A DNA stretch of 53,166 bases, filler included, from Basidioascus undulatus (lineage: Eukaryota): the NCBI GenBank assembly GCA_000826855.1. It is 4 parts of 4 records of this genome, joined end to end, with 100 filler letters (N's around TTAATTAATTAA, not from the genome) between each part and the next. Parts side by side here need not be neighbours in the genome. Positions count along the whole stretch, not along the records: positions 41,067 to 53,166 come from JTLS01000949.1; 3 more parts are not named here. One strand, given 5' to 3'. Under the pieces are notes generated by a model. It was not told where the DNA came from. It saw only the letters and a program-made list of their open reading frames with translations, and searched no databases. The position numbers and the translations under genes are program-made. This document shows positions 49,924 through 53,166 of this stretch, one piece after another. The number at the start of each line of letters is the position of its first letter. The stretch's first letter is position 1.

Positions 49924-50538
49924 TTAAGGACAATTTTGGGGATGCTGCTTCTGGAGGCATACCTTTGTACTCTTGTGGTGGTGCTGTGATGGACTCTTTG
50001 ATGTGCAAGCCTCGTGCAAGAGCTTGAAACCGCTCCTGAGATAGAGGTATCCAGTTAACACATCCTCGGTAACATCGATACCCTCGGTGATCATGTAAGT
50101 TCCCCTGGCGTCTCCTCGCGAGAAACCCCACAAGCTATGAAGGGGGTGCAAGATGAGAGCACACCTCTCTAACTGGCGAATTACATCTCAGGAGAATACC
50201 ATGTATGGTTAAAAACACCAGGTCATACAGTGGAGTGCAACACTGCGATACGCTGTCAAAATGCCAACACGATCCACCCTAGACACCTAGAACAGCTTCA
50301 CCGGCGCCGTCTCGTACAACCACAGTCGCTCAGCTTGTACTTGCGGTACTCGTAATTCTTCTCTCCTGCCGCGATGAGTTGGACGGACTCAGGCTTTATT
50401 GTGAGGACAATGTCGGTGTAGACAAGCGTGACGGTGGGCGACGCGGACGACGAAGACGACGAGGAGCCCGCGGGCTTGCCGGTGAGGGTGAGCTGGGTGT
50501 GAACCTTGGGCTTCGTCTGCCGTACGCGTTGGGCCCAT
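49924..50538 (-). pseudogene. ASCH/PUA-like domain protein, frameshifted
   Basis: DIVLTIKPESVQLIAAGEKNYEYRKYKL (xKPxxxxxIxxGxKxxExR ASCH signature), then after a frameshift RLWLYETAPV, and C-terminal APPQEY. Confidence 0.75.
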
Positions 50539-51039
50539 GTTGAAGGGTGAAAAGCAGAGGCAAATCTGTTAGGCACAAGCACGTGCGCGACCAACCAGCC
50601 GGTCAAGAGGGCGCAATGGGCGCGACGGAGCCGGACGGTGTCCACACGGACCGAAATGTCCACGCGAGCTGGAATCAGCAGAAGCGGGGAAGTCATGTCG
50701 CCAATCGAGCCTTGTGAAGGTGCAGGCTTGTATTGCACTGAGGAGTAACCAGACAAAAGCGGATGAAATATGAAGGAGAGAACGCCGGTTCAACCCACGA
50801 GAAATGAAGTGGCAGTGCGAGTAATGTGCAATACGTAAGCGAGGTAACGTAACTACTAACTCGCGGTGGCAGCACCCGGCAGGCACTTGAAACGGTTCGC
50901 TTGACTCCCGACCATCGACTCGATCCAGCTTGGACTGCTGCTGCGCTCGACCTGAAATTAACGAGCACACACATAGCTTGTCCTGTCCACCCGATATCAT
51001 CTGAATCCTCATCATCTCCCTCGCCCACCCCACAACAAT

Positions 51040-51752
51040 ATGACCTCCTTCTTCCGCTCCGCCAACGCCTCCCAGTCCTCCCTCTCCGCTTCCCTCCGCC
51101 GCCCGCCCAGCCAGGCGTCGCTCGGCGCGGCCGCCCAGCAGCCCCAGCAGCAGCCGCTGAGGCAGCGCCGGCCGAGCCAGGCGAGCATGGCCCCGAGCGT
51201 GAGGAGCGAGTGGGAAGGGGACGATGACCTGGCGCCCATCAAGGTATGTTTGGTCAACTAGGCGGACTCCGCAGAGCCGTCGCGAGCGAGAGAGCTGAGA
51301 GTGTGTGCTGGGCATTGGCATGGCGTGGACAGCACATCCCCGCCGAGCCCCCGAAGCTGCCGGACCTGTGAGTGCTGGATGCGGATGCTGGCACACTGGC
51401 AGCGCGTTGCTGAGGGCGTATGTGGCTGGCTGATTAGGTTCGAAGCCATCGACTCGGACTTCCGCATCGACCTCTCCTCCATTGCCGCCTCCGTCGTCGC
51501 CGCGCACGATCCCGAGACGCGGACAGCGGAAGCGTGAGCCGCTCCACGCACCTCTAGCCCGCCTTGCGTGCTCAGCCAGCTCACTCCGGAGTTGGGGAAT
51601 GCAGGAAGACCGCGGTGGAGAAGGGCACAACGGAGCTGCAGGAGCTCGAGGCGCGCATCAAGGCTGCCGAGGCGCGTCTGGCCGAGGCGCAGAAGAAGGC
51701 GGGCGGCGGCGGGGTTGGCGGGGTGACCACCACTGCGGCGCACGGGCCGTGA
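51040..51752 (+). CDS. Small hypothetical protein with C-terminal coiled coil, multi-exon
   Basis: High-GC exons MTSFFRSA..DDDLAPIK, FEAIDSDFRIDLSSIAASVVAAHDPE and KGTTELQELEARIKAAEARLAEAQKK separated by GT-AG introns. Confidence 0.6.
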
Positions 51753-52120
51753 GGTGGGTGGGTCGGGCGGCAGGTACGTCCGTTCGTTGCACTAGGTCGG
51801 CGAGCACCAAAGGGCACTGAGACGACCAACCGCAGACTCCAGCGCCCCATTTCGTCCTTAGTTTCTTTTGCGCACACAAACACGCACGTTCACCAGGTAC
51901 TCTTGGACACTCTTTCGCGTTATCCTCCTCATTCGTTTGGCACATCCTCGCATCGTCCTTCCCCGCACGCACCTCACTCCCACCCAACCGGCTTCCGCCC
52001 TCCATCCACGTCCATAGCATCCTTCATTCATCAGGACCGCATACCAGGCCTCTGCCCTCCGGGTGACCGTTGGGCGCCCACTCCCATCTGCTCCTCTCGA
52101 CCCCCCTGGCTGCCCTTTTG

Positions 52121-52145
52121 CGCTCGCTCGCTCGCTCGCTCGCTC
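52121..52145. repeat. (CTCG)n microsatellite
   Basis: About six tandem CTCG/CGCT units. Confidence 0.85.
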
Positions 52146-52448
52146 ACAGTTCCTTCGTCTTCCCGCCTATGTCGGCCGTGTATTCCCCTAATGCATCGAT
52201 AGAAACCCCGAAAGCGTCACAAGCAGGGTCGTTTCCGTCTAAGCCGCAGTTGTGCCCCTGCGACACACGGCCAACTGCACGCAACCGAATTACAAGCAAG
52301 CATGCATCTAAGAGGGGAGATGGAGTAGAGAGGAGGGTTATCGTCTGCATCCGGCTGTTTTTCTTGTCCGCAACCAGCACCTACAGCGCAGCGCGGACGG
52401 GAGAAGATGCGAGAAGGCCAAAGGGGACTACGAGCACACCTGCTCGGT

Positions 52449-53166
52449 TCAGATGAGCCCCGAGAGGAAGCCCGCAGTGGGCTTGGAGCCCTTCGAAGTC
52501 GCGGCGTTGGCGAGCGCGTCCGCGGGCGGGACGATTGGCTGGGCAAAGGGGAGGTAGGGCGCGAGGATGTCGTCGAAGGTGGGCGTGGGAGCTGGATGTG
52601 CAGGATGACCTGTCAGGGTCGCTTGGGTGCTGAATTAACAGAATGGACGCACTGGGAACGGCCTGAGCAGCAGCGGGGTGGGCAGAGGCCTTCGCGAGGC
52701 CCTGGACGATTTGGCGGCGGATATCAATGGCGTTCAGGGGCTAAGAGATGGGGGTATGATGTCAATATCAGTCACTCTCTTCGGCTTTTCGCCACAAGAC
52801 AAAGACGCCTCCGCATCGGACCTTCTTCTCCTCCGCAGGCGCCGCGGCCTCCTTGCCTGCGGGCGCAGGCAGCTCGCGCTTGCTCTCCGTGACGCTCCCG
52901 CGCGGGCTGGCGATCTTGCCGAGGTGGGCGAGGACGTCCCCGCGCGTGAGCATCCCGCGCACGCCGGAGCCCTTGATGTCGGACGCGTCCGAGATGCCGT
53001 TCTCGATGAGCAGGCGCGCGACGGACGGGAAGAGCGGGCGCGCGTGCTTCGGCGCCCCGCCGTGGTGCAGCGCCGGTTGGGGCTGCTGCGGGGCGGTAGT
53101 CGGGGCGGAGGAGGAGGGAGCGGGGGCGGGAGCGGAGGAGGAGGGTTGGGGAGAGGAGGAGGAGGA
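52449..53166 (-). CDS. PDX1: Pyruvate dehydrogenase complex protein X (E3-binding protein), 3' part; runs off window
   Basis: Pro/Ser/Ala linker, then E3-binding domain PLFPSVARLLIENGISDASDIKGSGVRGMLTRGDVLAHLG and a short fungal C-terminus (DIRRQIVQGL, FDDILAPY) with no E2 catalytic domain. Confidence 0.85.

Noticed and set aside
1..53166. CRISPR arrays, rRNA/tRNA genes, intact transposons or programmed frameshifting in the broken genes
   Set aside because: No repeat-spacer arrays, RNA gene signatures or RT/integrase/transposase motifs were seen. The lesions are multiple, mixed with stops and lack consistent slippery sites, which fits decay.

Overview
Eukaryotic, intron-rich fungal DNA, most likely basidiomycete (GC-rich exons, short GT-AG introns with GTGCGT/GTACGT/GTGAGT donors). 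The window is four contigs concatenated with artificial N(44)-TTAATTAATTAA-N(44) linkers. Housekeeping genes that look intact, some cut by a gap or the window edge: mitochondrial persulfide dioxygenase (ETHE1/Blh-like), SFH5, APC13, SEC6, TRM82, LRO1, PDX1 and one F-box gene. Between them are many decayed genes with frameshifts or stops: an SDR, an AA9 LPMO, a CCCH zinc-finger gene, a second F-box gene and an FAD oxidoreductase, plus a probably decayed Zn2Cys6 transcription factor. The most interesting element is a tail-to-tail pair made of an intronless class I aminoacyl-tRNA-synthetase-like (HIGH/KMSKS) gene and an ASCH/PUA-like gene. All calls come from manual translation and motif recognition; no database searches were run.
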